NCBI GenBank assembly: GCA_965240325.2
Contig: OZ251238.1
Span: 868,001-932,000, forward strand
DNA length: 64,000 nucleotides
DNA from: Rebecca billardiae RCC1528
Lineage: Eukaryota > Protista > Haptophyta
Direction of reading: 5' to 3'
The translations under genes were made by a program, and so were the position numbers. Numbering within the stretch: position 1 is the stretch's first letter; each line of letters starts with the position of its first letter. The notes beneath the pieces were generated by a model that had not been told where the DNA came from, did no database searches, and was given only the letters and a program-made list of their open reading frames with translations. This document shows, piece after piece, positions 21,843 to 32,529 of this stretch.

Positions 21843-23880
21843 TGCTGCGCGCGGCGAGCGCGGTCCCGCGCGGCCGTCACGGGCGCAGCCGCAGCAAGTT
21901 AGTCTGATGCAAATTCCCGGTCACCCATGCAAAAGTAAGCGTTCCCGCTGCGCATGTGCGTGCATCACGAGTAACCCGCCGCCTGAATAACAACTCCGCG
22001 CCCCTCCATACACTTCCTGCATCCCCGCGCGCAGCGGCGTGCGGGCGGGCGCGAATTCGCACCGTGTTACGAACAGACCTAGCAAAGTAGATCGGTGTGG
22101 CGCGTCGGGACGCGGAGCGGGTGCGGGGCAGGCGGGGGATAGGTTGGGGAACACCCGCGATTAGAGCACCGGTGGCGCAGCGGCGACGTGGACGCCGCCA
22201 CACGCGCACGCACGGCGCGCGCTCGCACCGCGAGTCGAACGTCCGCTCGCCAAGCCCTGCGACGGCGTCCGTGCGACGCCGAGCGACGAACGCTCTCGGG
22301 ATTTGGCCCGGACCACCAGATTCAGCCGTTAACGGCCGAAAATTCATTTGTTGGAGTTTCCTTAACGGCCGCTTTAAAAAAGAAATCGTTGCTGTGAGTG
22401 ATACTCGCGGATAGATTTGAAAACTGACAGAGTGAGACTAGCCCGGATTGGCTGCCGTACACGGTACAGTGCTAGGCCGCTAGCCGTGGTTGGCGCTATC
22501 GATCGTCATCGACGCAATAAGCCAGTAGTACTAGCTAGTCGTAGTCGCACGTCCTCACGTCACTAACTAGCTGCACACGGAGTATTCCGATTCGCAGAAC
22601 TTTGGCACAGAATATAACCGTCAGGGTCATTGGTCAACCGTTGGCAGTGGCAGCGAGCCGTAGCCCGTATATCCGTTACTGATACTATAGTGTCTAGTGA
22701 TAGTGATCCGTATCGTCATCATCTAGCTATGAGCAGTATGAGTAGTCAGTCCGCCGGCGGCTCCGCGGTCAGCCTCGGACGAGTCACTCCGACGAGTGGG
22801 CCTCCGCCGGCCAGGCGCAGTGCCCGTGGGACCGGCACGGCGCGCGGCCCGACTACGAGTACGAGTACAGGCCAAGGACTAGTCCGGAGTCCCGACTTCT
22901 CCTGATGACTGACTCCTGGCCAGTGCACCGCGCAGCATCCATGCAACATCATGCTGCCAGATTTGCTCCAAAAATGGCGGCAAATAAATGGCAGCCCAAT
23001 TGTTTTCTTCGGCCTCGCCGGCCGGTCCTAAACTCTATAGACTCAGCGGGGGGCTCAGCCCCCCTGCGCCGGCGGGCGGACCTAGCTAATAAACTGAGAC
23101 TCCGTAGGCGGTCGGGCTTCCGAACAGCTAAGAAACCGAGTAACTAGCCGTGAGCCGATCATCTGACTGCTTCTAGTCAATTGCTTGCCCGCGATTGCCT
23201 GCTGTATCAATCAACTTGAATTGCCACTCGGTTCCGAATCCTTCACGGCGGCTTCCCCGCCGCCTGTTCTGCCTCCGCGTCGGTCCCGGACTCCCGGAGA
23301 GTCCGCGCGGTCTGACGCGCCGCGGCCACGGGACATGGCTAGTCCGGCCGCCAGTCGGGCGCCGCGTCCGTTACTCCGCCAGGCCCCGGTAATATAAATC
23401 TCTACTACTCGGTCGTTATTGAACTGATTATCATCATTGGTTATTATTATATATATATATATGTATGTAGATCGAATATATATATATTCGACTCTGAGTC
23501 TGACGACCCGTGTGACGCGGGCAGTCTCCGGACTCTCCGGTCGTCAGCCACACCCGCGCCGGTCTAGGACTGTCAGTGGCATCACACGCAAGCTATCCGG
23601 GCAGCGCGTAGCCGCCGTGCCCGGTGCCAGTGTGCCACGTTGAGCGCGCCGGCTGAGGCGGGGGGCAAGGCTTACTCACAAGGCATCTCCTGTCGATCCC
23701 GCCGCGCAACCTGGCGCGGAGCGTCCACGATCGTCACCCGACAAGACAAGCGGCAGCACACAGCAGTAGTGCCACGAGGCGCGGTGCGCAGGCACTGCTC
23801 AGGCCGGCCGAGGCGCGGCTCGCACGCCCGAGCTGCGCCGCCACCGCGCCGGCACTACAGAGGCATCGGGTGCGCACGGC

Positions 23881-25782
23881 CTACGGCTCCGGCACGTGCG
23901 TGTGCTCAGCCGCCTCGCCGAGCTTGACGATGTCCGACACCGGCACGCCCTCGTACGCGATGCGGTAGATCTTGGCGAAGAGCGGGAACTTCTCGACGCA
24001 CTTGGCCGCGGTGATGCACGTCATCACGTCCGACGAGGTGAGCGTGCCCTGCAGCTTCTGACCGTTGAGCATCTCCTCCTCGATCTTGTCCCACGACTTG
24101 GCGCCTGCGCGCGCGCACGCAGCGGCACGCAGCGGCGCGCAGCGCGGGGGAAGGGGGAGGGAAGGGTTGTGGTCGGCGAGGCGCGCGACGACGCACGTGC
24201 GGTCAGCGCGCTGCCGACTGCGCGCCGTGCGCGCGCGAGGCCGCGAGGCCGCGAGGCCGTACCGTTGTGCTTTGCGAACTCCTCGGCGCACTTGCGGTTC
24301 CGGCCGCCGAAGCAGGTGGTGATCAGGTCGGCGACGCCGCACGACTCGAAGAACGTGTGGTTGGGCACGCCCTTGTAGAACGTGTTGCAGAAGATCTGCA
24401 TCTCCTCCAGGCCTGCGCGCGACCCGCGCGCACGCGCGCGTCGTTGCCCCGGCTCAACCACGGCGGCGCGGTGCGACCCGCGCGCGCGCGCACGCGCGCA
24501 AGACCCGAGCCGCGGTCCGTGGGCCGGCGCGCGCACCAATGCGGATGATGGCGGCCTTGGTGTTGCCACCGTAGCCGAGGCCGTCGCAGAAGCCCGCGCC
24601 GATCGCGACGACGTTCTTGAGCGCGCCGCACAGCTCGACACCCGGAACGTCCTGCGCGGTGGCCGAGGGTGCACGCGCGTGCGCGCGCCGCGACACTGTG
24701 AGCGGCCCGCCGCGTGCGGCGCGCGCACCGGCTTCCGGGCATGCGCGCGCCGCGCGCCCCAAGTGGCTTGGGAGCGGGCGCACGTCGCGCGCGCGCGCGC
24801 ACGTTGACCACGTTCACGCGGAAGGTCTCCGCGTTGAACACCTTCTGCCACACCGCGCCGTTCGCCATGTCCCTCGCGCCGACCGTCGACTCGCAGAACT
24901 GATCCTGCGCCACCTCGTTGGCCACGTTGGCGCCCATGAGCACGGAGATGTCCATGCCGCCCATTTCTTTCTTGATGAGGTCCGAGATGAGCATCGGCTT
25001 GTTGTCGACGAACTCGATGCCCTTGATGAGCGAGATGCCGCGCGCGTTCTTCGCGTACGCGTTCTGCGCAGCGCCAGCCCAGCGGCGGCGGCGGCAGCGG
25101 CGGCGACGGCGGCGGAGACCGAGGCGGCGGGAAGGCAGCATGTGAGCAGGAGCAAACTCACGGAGCGCGCGCGCGCGCGCTCCGCCCAGCCGCCGCGCGC
25201 GCGCGCGGGGCGCACGGACGGAGGCTCGACAGCGGGTGCGCGCCCCACCGAGCCCAGACGCCGAGCGCCTCCCTGCGCTCGCATCCCCCCGCCCCACGCC
25301 GCGCGCCGCGCGCCGTGCGCGCGCCTTCATGTTGGGCACGGTGCGCGGCAGGAACTGGTGGGGCAGCACAAAGATGAGGAGGGTCGCGCCCGTGACCGCC
25401 TTCTCGAGGTTGGGCTCGGCGTGGACGTTCTCGGGCAGCTTGATGCCCGGGAGGTACTTGACGTTCTCGTGCGTCTCGTTGATGATCTCCGTCAGGTTCT
25501 TGCCGTTCACCTGCTCCTCGAACACCCACATCTCGACGGCTGCGCGGCGCGACACGACGCGACGGGAGAGGCGCAATGGTTGCGCACGCGCGCGCGCAGG
25601 GGCATTCGTCAGCACCATCGAGCGCGAGCGCGCCAGCGCGGGCGCGAGGAAGGGCCGTCGATTCGCCCGCGCCCGCACGCACTCGTCTCGATGTCATCGT
25701 GGCGGCTCGCGTTCTGGCCGACAATGCGCGCGATCGCGGAGCCCCAGTTGCCCGAACCGATGATAGCGACCTTCTCAGGCAT
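23881..25782 (-). CDS. GPD1: Glycerol-3-phosphate dehydrogenase (NAD+), 6 exons
   Basis: [100 protein letters not shown]. Five introns, one with a GC donor. Confidence 0.96.
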
Positions 25783-26315
25783 TTCGAGGTGAGTACGAAG
25801 GGAGCTGCGGCGCGAGAAGGGGCGCGGGTGGTACGCACAGCGCGTCGGCGCCCGTGAGCACGGCCGGGCGCGGCTCAGCGTCCCGTTGCGCGCCTGATTC
25901 CCCGCGCTGCGCGCGCACCGGTGAGTGCTAGCAGGCGGCCGGGACAAATGAGCCTCGTCGATGCGACGATGGCGTGTTTAGCCACGAGCGCGCACAGCTT
26001 TTTTTTTTTGGACGCCGTCCGCGCCCAAACTCGCAACTGACCAGCCGGCGGCAGCCGCGGAGATGCCCAGCGAAGTTTTGTGGATACCCGGCCGCTGCCG
26101 CCCGGAGGCCGCACCGGCAAGGCGTGGAGCGAAGGCCGGGCCAACTGCCGTCGTCCGGTGCGCATTCTGCTGACTGAGTCAGTGGGCGAGCGCTTCGGGC
26201 GATTCTCGGTTGGGGTCCTTCCGACTCTGGTGCGGAGTCCGGGGTGTGCGTCGGCGGCGACAGCCGACACGACGACGGCGTGGCTTCGCGGCCACCCGGA
26301 CCGCAGCGGTTCAAC

Positions 26316-26582
26316 CAAGGGGCTTACAAATACCACTGGGGGCGAAACACAGCTGTCGGATGCGATGTACATGAGACGGACAGTGTCCGGTCAGTGGAAA
26401 ACACTGTGGGGGAAGTTTGAATCCGGGAAAGCGGGTAATCTGTCGAGCCATCTCGTATTCTTTCAAGGCATTCCGGTCTTTTTTTCATACGAGCTCCCGG
26501 ACGCTGTCCGTCTCATGTACATCGCATCCGACGGGGCTCCTCACTGGCGCTTTCGCCCCCAGTGGTATTTGTAAGCCCCTTG
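26316..26582. mobile_element. MITE family B (P-element-like CAAGG...CCTTG ends) with 7-bp TSD GTTCAAC
   Basis: Perfect ~32-bp TIR CAAGGGGCTTACAAATACCACTGGGGGCGAAA plus internal IR GTCGGATGCGATGTACATGAGACGGACAG. GTTCAAC at 26309-26315 and 26583-26589. Confidence 0.9.
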
Positions 26583-26697
26583 GTTCAACTGCGTCGGTGG
26601 TGAGGTGGTCAAGCTTCCGGACTCCGGAGTTGAGTGGCGCTTCGCAGCCGTCCGGCGCCTGCTTGCGCGTCTGGACGGTCACGTTGGCCCTCTCATC

Positions 26698-28006
26698 ATG
26701 GCGCTGGTGCAGCTCGTCGTGCTCCACGCGCTCGCGTTCACGGCGCCGCGGTGGGCACCGCGCGCGCGCGTGGGCGAGGTGGCAGTGCGCATGGCCGCCG
26801 GCGCCGACGACGCCGAGCTCCGCGAGATCCTCGGCGGCACGCACAAAGCGCCAAGCGGCAAGTTGCGCAAGAATCTTGCCAAGGGCAAGAAGGGCCTGCT
26901 CACCATCATCGGCGGCTACAACAAGCGGTGGCCGGCGATCGACTTCGCCAAGGGCGAGTACAACGCGCGCGAGCTCGACGAGATCGAGTACGTCACCTCC
27001 CAGTTCCGCCTCGGCGGCGCCGTCGCCGTCAACATTGAGGTGGGCGACGAGGCGTGTGATCTGGACGACCTGCGCGCGGCGGTTGCCGAGCAGGCGGCGG
27101 CGAAGGGCGAGTTCCCCGGACCGTGCCCGGTGATGATGAGCGGGGAGGTGTCGGACGAGCTGCATCTCGCCGAGGCCAAGCGCATCGGCTGCGACGCGGT
27201 CGCCATCGACATGGGGGCGCTTGGCGAAGCCAAGGTGTGCGCCGTGCACCGCTACGCGCGCGCCGCGCGGCGCCACGCGCGCGCCGCGCCGCGCAGCGCG
27301 TGGCGCCGCTGCGCGCTCACACCGCGCGCACCCTCTCCCCTCCCCACGCGCGCGCGCGCATGCACCCGGCAGGCGGCGGAGCTCGTTCAGACGGCCGGCT
27401 CGCTCGGCCTCGAGGCCCTCGTCATCGCGCCCGCGACGGCTGACGGGATCGGCGCGGCGGCCATGCTGGGCTCCGATCTCCTGTGCGCGCGCGGCGCCAC
27501 GCTCGACGAGTGCGCGGCCGCCGCGGCCGCGTTCCCCGAGGGCTGCGTGCGCGTCGCGATGGCGCCGGTGGCGGACGTGCGCGAGGCGTGGAGCATGCGC
27601 GACGCGGGCTTCAACGCCGTCGCCCTGGGCAACGAGATGCTGCAGCAGTCCACCATCGAGCGCGTCGAGATCCAGTCGATTCTCAAGGCGATGCGCGCCA
27701 AGGTGGGCGCTGCGCTGCGCAGCGCTGCGCTGCGCGCGCGCGGCCCGAGGGCGGGCGCGTAGGCACGAGGGCGGGCGCGTAGGCCCTCGGACGCACCCGT
27801 GCAGCCCTCGGGCCGCGCGGCTCCCGGGGCGCGACGCGCGCACGCGCTGCCGCGCCCGGCCGATCCGATGCCCTCGTCTCACACTGCGCGCCGCCGCCTC
27901 CCTCGTGGCGCGCCGCTGATGGCAGGGCTCGTCAAAGTACGGCAAGGGCACCGGTCTCGGGCGCGGCGAGGGTGCGAAGGAGATCCTTGGCACGATCGCT
28001 GTCTGA
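26698..28006 (+). CDS. Plastid-targeted indole-3-glycerol-phosphate-synthase-like TIM-barrel protein, 3 exons (26698-27234, 27373-27702, 27926-28006)
   Basis: Signal peptide ...HALA-F then Arg-rich transit peptide. IGPS-like elements (GAVAV, CPVMM, LAEAKRIGCDAV, SLGLEALV, DAGFNAVALG). Canonical catalytic residues appear altered. Confidence 0.7.
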
Positions 28007-28439
28007 GCCTGGCCGGCTGCCTGCTGGCCGGTCGCGGCGTGGCTCGAGACGACAGACGTGGCAGATGAGGGCGGCTGTCCGCTGTGCCGCTGTGCGTGCG
28101 CTCGCGGATCTCCGGCCGAGCCGCTCGGCGGCTCGCGCGGGGCCGGATGCGCACGGGGCATACCAGTAGACTGAGCCGCCGCGCAATGTCACGCCGCCAC
28201 GCCGGTCGAGTCGTCTCCGGAGGTCTCTCTCGTCCGAGGCCCGTGCGGCGTGCCCGGCCGTGTGGCCTGTCGGCTGTCTCGGTTCAATCGGTCCGTGGCA
28301 GCGACAGACCAATTCTTATGGCGGGCCGTACCTATGGATACGGCGCCCGCCATATTGGTTGACTCAGGGAGATTAGGGCAGCGCCTCGCGAGCGTCGAGC
28401 GTGGCGTGTCGGTGCTGCGGGGTGTCGCTTTGGCTCAGC

Positions 28440-29360
28440 ATGGTATCTGCGCCGCCAAGGGGAGGGCGCGCGGCGGCGCTGTTGACTGTGAGCCTAGCTC
28501 TTGCACACGCGCTGCCCAAGCCGTGCTCGCCCCCAACCATCTCGCGCGCTGTTGTCCTCGATCGCGATGTCACACGTGCACCGCTTTCTGCGAGTCTCTC
28601 ATTCAACATTGAATGGGATAATGCGAGTGCCCCTTTGCACACTCCGAACAAGACGGAAGTGGTCAGCACGCTCCACCATGGCCTCGACGTGTTCGCCGAC
28701 CCGCAGCTCAGTCGATTGGAGGCCTTGCTCAACCTTGACCGAAGGGTGGGCTCGCCAACGGCACGCCCACATCTCATTGAGGCTATAGTGGAAGCAGTGC
28801 GACCGACCGTCGTGGTGGAGTTGGGTGTCTACAAGGGGTGGACCAGCATCTACTTCGCAAAAACGCTGGCTCGCCTCGGTTTGCAAAGTTCATTCGTCAT
28901 TTCGATCGATACGTGGCTGCTCGACCTCAGGTTCACGTGGCGGCAGAAGTCCACGTACCTCAGAGGATACCCCTCAATAGCAGGTGGGGTACAGATGTAC
29001 GTCCAATTCCTGCACAATGTCAAGGCAGCCGGCCAGCAGTCACGCATCGTGCCGATGCAATCCGCCACCACAAACGCAGCGCATGCTTTCTTCACACACC
29101 GTTGGCAAGCAGACGTTGCGTATGTCGATGCTTCACACACCAGCATCGAGGTATTCTCGGACATGGAGTATTGGTGGCCGCTGGTGCGCTGCGGAGGAAT
29201 CATGTTTGGCGATGACATGAACGTTCCAGCGGTGGAAGTGGCTGTGCTGGCATTTGAGCGCAAACACAACTTGACGGGCCAATACAGCACGTTCCGAGGA
29301 CGCCCATATGAGCCTCGATTCTGGCTCTTCGAGAAAAATAGCAGCAGTAGGCGGTGCTGA
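28440..29360 (+). CDS. Class I SAM methyltransferase (Methyltransf_24-like), signal peptide, intronless
   Basis: VVVELGVYKGWTS, ISIDTW, YVDASHT, GGIMFGDD. Confidence 0.85.
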   Translation: MVSAPPRGGRAAALLTVSLALAHALPKPCSPPTISRAVVLDRDVTRAPLSASLSFNIEWDNASAPLHTPNKTEVVSTLHHGLDVFADPQLSRLEALLNLDRRVGSPTARPHLIEAIVEAVRPTVVVELGVYKGWTSIYFAKTLARLGLQSSFVISIDTWLLDLRFTWRQKSTYLRGYPSIAGGVQMYVQFLHNVKAAGQQSRIVPMQSATTNAAHAFFTHRWQADVAYVDASHTSIEVFSDMEYWWPLVRCGGIMFGDDMNVPAVEVAVLAFERKHNLTGQYSTFRGRPYEPRFWLFEKNSSSRRC

Positions 29361-29500
29361 TTATGGCCCGCGGTGCAGGGCGGAGCGCGCAGCGTGGAGC
29401 CCGCACTGCGGGCCCTAACCACGTTTCAAAAAGATCTTCGTGATCAGCAAGAAAAAGGGACGGGGGCCGATTTTTTATTTTTACGGGGCTGGCGGTCTCA

Positions 29501-29598
29501 AACCGGTAGATCGAAAACCCGTTACTGCCGACTGAGCTAAATCGGCTCGCGCGAGCCGATTTAGCTCAGTCGGCACTAAAACGGGTTTTCTACCGGTT
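29501..29598. repeat. Palindrome: 50-bp perfect loop-less core (29526-29575) with imperfect extension to ~98 bp
   Basis: TGCCGACTGAGCTAAATCGGCTCGC|GCGAGCCGATTTAGCTCAGTCGGCA, flanked by AACCGGTAGA..AAAACCCGTT / AACGGGTTTTCTACCGGTT. Confidence 0.95.
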
Positions 29599-30065
29599 AA
29601 TATTTGAGATAACCGTAAGTCACCTGGGGACACCCCGCGAGGGCGGACCCTGTACCGTGTACGGTCCGACGTCCCACTAGTCTAACTAACTACCGACTAC
29701 GGATTTGTTGACGAGGTTGTTCCTTCCCAGCCGGCACGGCCCGGTCTGTCCCGGGTGGGCCCGCCCTTGCGCCGGCTCCCCGCGAGAGCCTTACGGCCCG
29801 GGGGGGGGAAGACGAGCCGGAAACGACGACGAAGAATCGAGCAGAAATGAGAAAACCGGACAACGACCAACCGCCGACAGAAGACGAGCACAGTTCCACG
29901 AGAAAGCGCAGCCCCCGGGTCAGACAGTCACCCCCGGGTCAACAACGATGACCCCCTGGTCAACAACGATGACTGCCGTGACCGTGTCAGCAGCCGTTCA
30001 TTATTCATTCGCGATATTATTTACGGATTTACGTAAGCTAGTCGTAGTACTAATACGCTATCTGA

Positions 30066-30250
30066 TAGTAGTATAGTAGTAGCAGTAGTAGTAGACGTAG
30101 ACGTAGACGTAGACGTAGACGTAGACGTAGTAGTAGTAGTAGTCGTATAGTAGTAGTATCTTAGAGTAGTAGTAGTCTTAGCGTTAGTAGTAGTAGTACA
30201 GTAGTATCAGTAGTAGTAGCGTACAGTCACGTATAACTAGTAGTAATAGT
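30066..30250. repeat. Degenerate (TAG)n/(GACGTA)n microsatellite
   Basis: Visible TAG and GTAGAC runs. Confidence 0.9.
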
Positions 30251-30767
30251 ATAGCAATAATATATATGTGGGGTTATTGGTACAATAACTGATTGTCGTC
30301 TAAGAGGACGACAAGAACGCCGGGCGCCAGCGCCGCTCATCAGCCACATCGCCCTCTACCAGACCATCGCCTCAAAGGGCGCTGCTCCCGGACAAACAGT
30401 CTGTCCGGGTTGTTCTTGCTGCCGCCCAGGAGATCGGTTTCCGGCGCCGGCCTCTGCCGCCTGCTTCGCCAGGCGCGGCGTGCGAGATGGCTCCAGCCAA
30501 GCTCGTCCTGCGTCGCCGGCGGCGGCGGCTCGCACGCGGGTGGCGCGTCGCGTGCACCGACCAACATCTTTCGGCTCACTCACGCACCGCGTCTCGTCGA
30601 CGGCGAGCGGCATGCCCACCGCATCTGCTGCCGCTCGCCAAGGCATGAGGACACGTAATGAATCCCACTGAGTAGGAACACACGCAGCCGCCTCGGCATC
30701 GACATGCCAGGCGGCGTGCCCACCTTCGGCCAGCAGTTGGCGTCGGCGTTCACGAGGACGGCTAGAC

Positions 30768-30934
<167 letters not shown>

Positions 30935-31565
30935 AATCGATAATGACCGCTGCTTACTGAATCCGAAATATTAATACGGCACTCGACGCGGCACGATCCG
31001 GTCACGTTAGTTGATGTGTTTGTGACTGATCAGCTGGCGGAATACTGAACTCATGAAGGAGTCGGGTGTGACAGCAGGGTGCCTTTAGCCAATTAGCCTA
31101 TAATATTTATTAGCGCCGTGCGGCTCCGGTAGTTAGTCTGACTGTCTGCCAGCCAAGTGAGTCTGCCAACGAGTGAACGACAGCCAACTCGTGACCCGCG
31201 GAGAGTGCGGGAGACGTAGGCTCCGGCCACTTGACCCGTTGCACTCGGGTGAGTGACTACGAGTAGTACCGGTCAGCAGGCCATTAAATGGCGCTTTTCC
31301 GCCTCGCCAGAGTGCGGAAGTGCGCCAGAAAATGGGAATTCCACCCCACGCTGATTCGCGGTCAAGTACTAGTTTCGCCATTGGCATCGGTCCGGACGAC
31401 GCGAGGACCGCGTGATTTGAATAGAGGCAGGGGGCGCGTGATACCCTGCTGCAGCTCGCTCAACTCGAGCTTGATGCGGTTCCGAACCTCTCACTTGGGA
31501 CCTGGGCGTAGATCGGTTTTCTCCTTAGCATCTCAGAGCTCCATCGGCGCGACTCACGTGAAACT

Positions 31566-32357
31566 TCAGCCGGGCGGCTTGCGCCGCAGACCAATCAGCG
31601 ACAGCGAGGAGGTGCCAATCGACTGCAGGAAGTGGGAGCCGCAGCCGTCGAGGCAGCGGTGCTGGTTCCCACCCGACGTGATCAGCCCCGGCTTGAGCTC
31701 GTGCTCTGAGCACACGGGGCAGCGCATGTCGTTCGAGCCCTCGCGTACGAGCACCTCGTGCATGGGCCATGCGGTGAGACCCTCGATCAGCTCACGGTCG
31801 CACGCAAAGGTGTCGCTGGCCTCCGCCAGGCCAGGGTTGTCCCCCTCGGCGCGCAGGATGGTCAGCTCGGGCCGGAGACGGCGGAGGCCGTGCAGCACCG
31901 TGTCTGCCGCGGCGCCGAGCGCCTCGTTCGATCTGAGGTCGAGCGTGCGCAGCGCCGGCAGGGCACCGGTCGCGAGCGCTGCCACGAGCCGCTGCAGGGC
32001 GCTGTCCGAGAGGCCTGAGGACGACAGGTCGAGCACCTGCGTCTTGTCGTTCTTCGCCGCCACCTCGCACAGCTGGCGAGCATCCACGCGCGCGGGGTGG
32101 GGGACGCAACGGGGTCAGTGGGGGCCCAGGCGCACAGCGTGCGCTCGCCACAGCGATGCGCGCACCTGGGCCGTGCGCTCATCGTGCGCAATGAAGTCGC
32201 AGTCGCCGAACTTCACCTCAAGGGCGATGTTGCGCGACAAGGCCGCGATGGCAATGTCGAACCTGCCACCGCCGCGCGCGCATCACCGCTCAGTCAACGC
32301 CATGGCTCCTGCGCGACCTGTCGCTCGCGGAGCGGCTTACCGGTCGTTAGACGCCAT
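31566..32357 (-). CDS. Small RNI-like leucine-rich-repeat protein with C-terminal Cys4 zinc ribbon, 3 exons
   Basis: MASNDR|FDIAIAALSRN...AQ|LCEVAAKNDKTQVLDLSSSGLSD...LRTLDLRSNEALG...CPVC...CLDGC. GTAAG and GTGCG donors join in frame. Confidence 0.75.
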
Positions 32358-32529
32358 TGCTGATCCCTTCCGCTCGCGCTCGGGCAACCTTCTGGGAAAC
32401 CGTCGCAAGAGATTTTGCTGCGCCAACCTTTTTTTTCATCATATCATTTTTTCACTGCCATCATATCTGCTGAGACGACGTACGACGAGCGCAGCGCGTC
32501 TGCGCGGTGCGGAGGCCTGCCGTGTCGCC

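Larger units (their letters stand above)
18871..22396. mobile_element. Non-autonomous DNA transposon with CAC...GTG ends (CACTA/EnSpm/CMC-like), 34-bp TIRs, 2-bp AG TSD
   Basis: CACAGCAACGACTTCTTTTTTAAAGCGGCCGTTA at 18871 vs TAACGGCCGCTTTAAAAAAGAAATCGTTGCTGTG ending 22396 (1 mismatch). AG on both flanks. No transposase recognised. Confidence 0.85.
18772..23201. mobile_element. Older copy of MITE family A (TIR CAGGCAATCGCGGGCAA), split by a 3.5-kb nested element
   Basis: 18772-18828 is nearly identical to 45928-45982. 22435-22454 and ~22790-23201 align to the remainder of the 45928-46436 copy. Confidence 0.85.

Noticed and set aside
29911-29973. ~21-bp tandem repeat (2-3 copies)
   Set aside because: Simple local minisatellite with no evidence of function.
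30295-30765. GC-rich island between microsatellites with short ORFs
   Set aside because: May be a gene fragment, but no motif, start or TIR could be identified.
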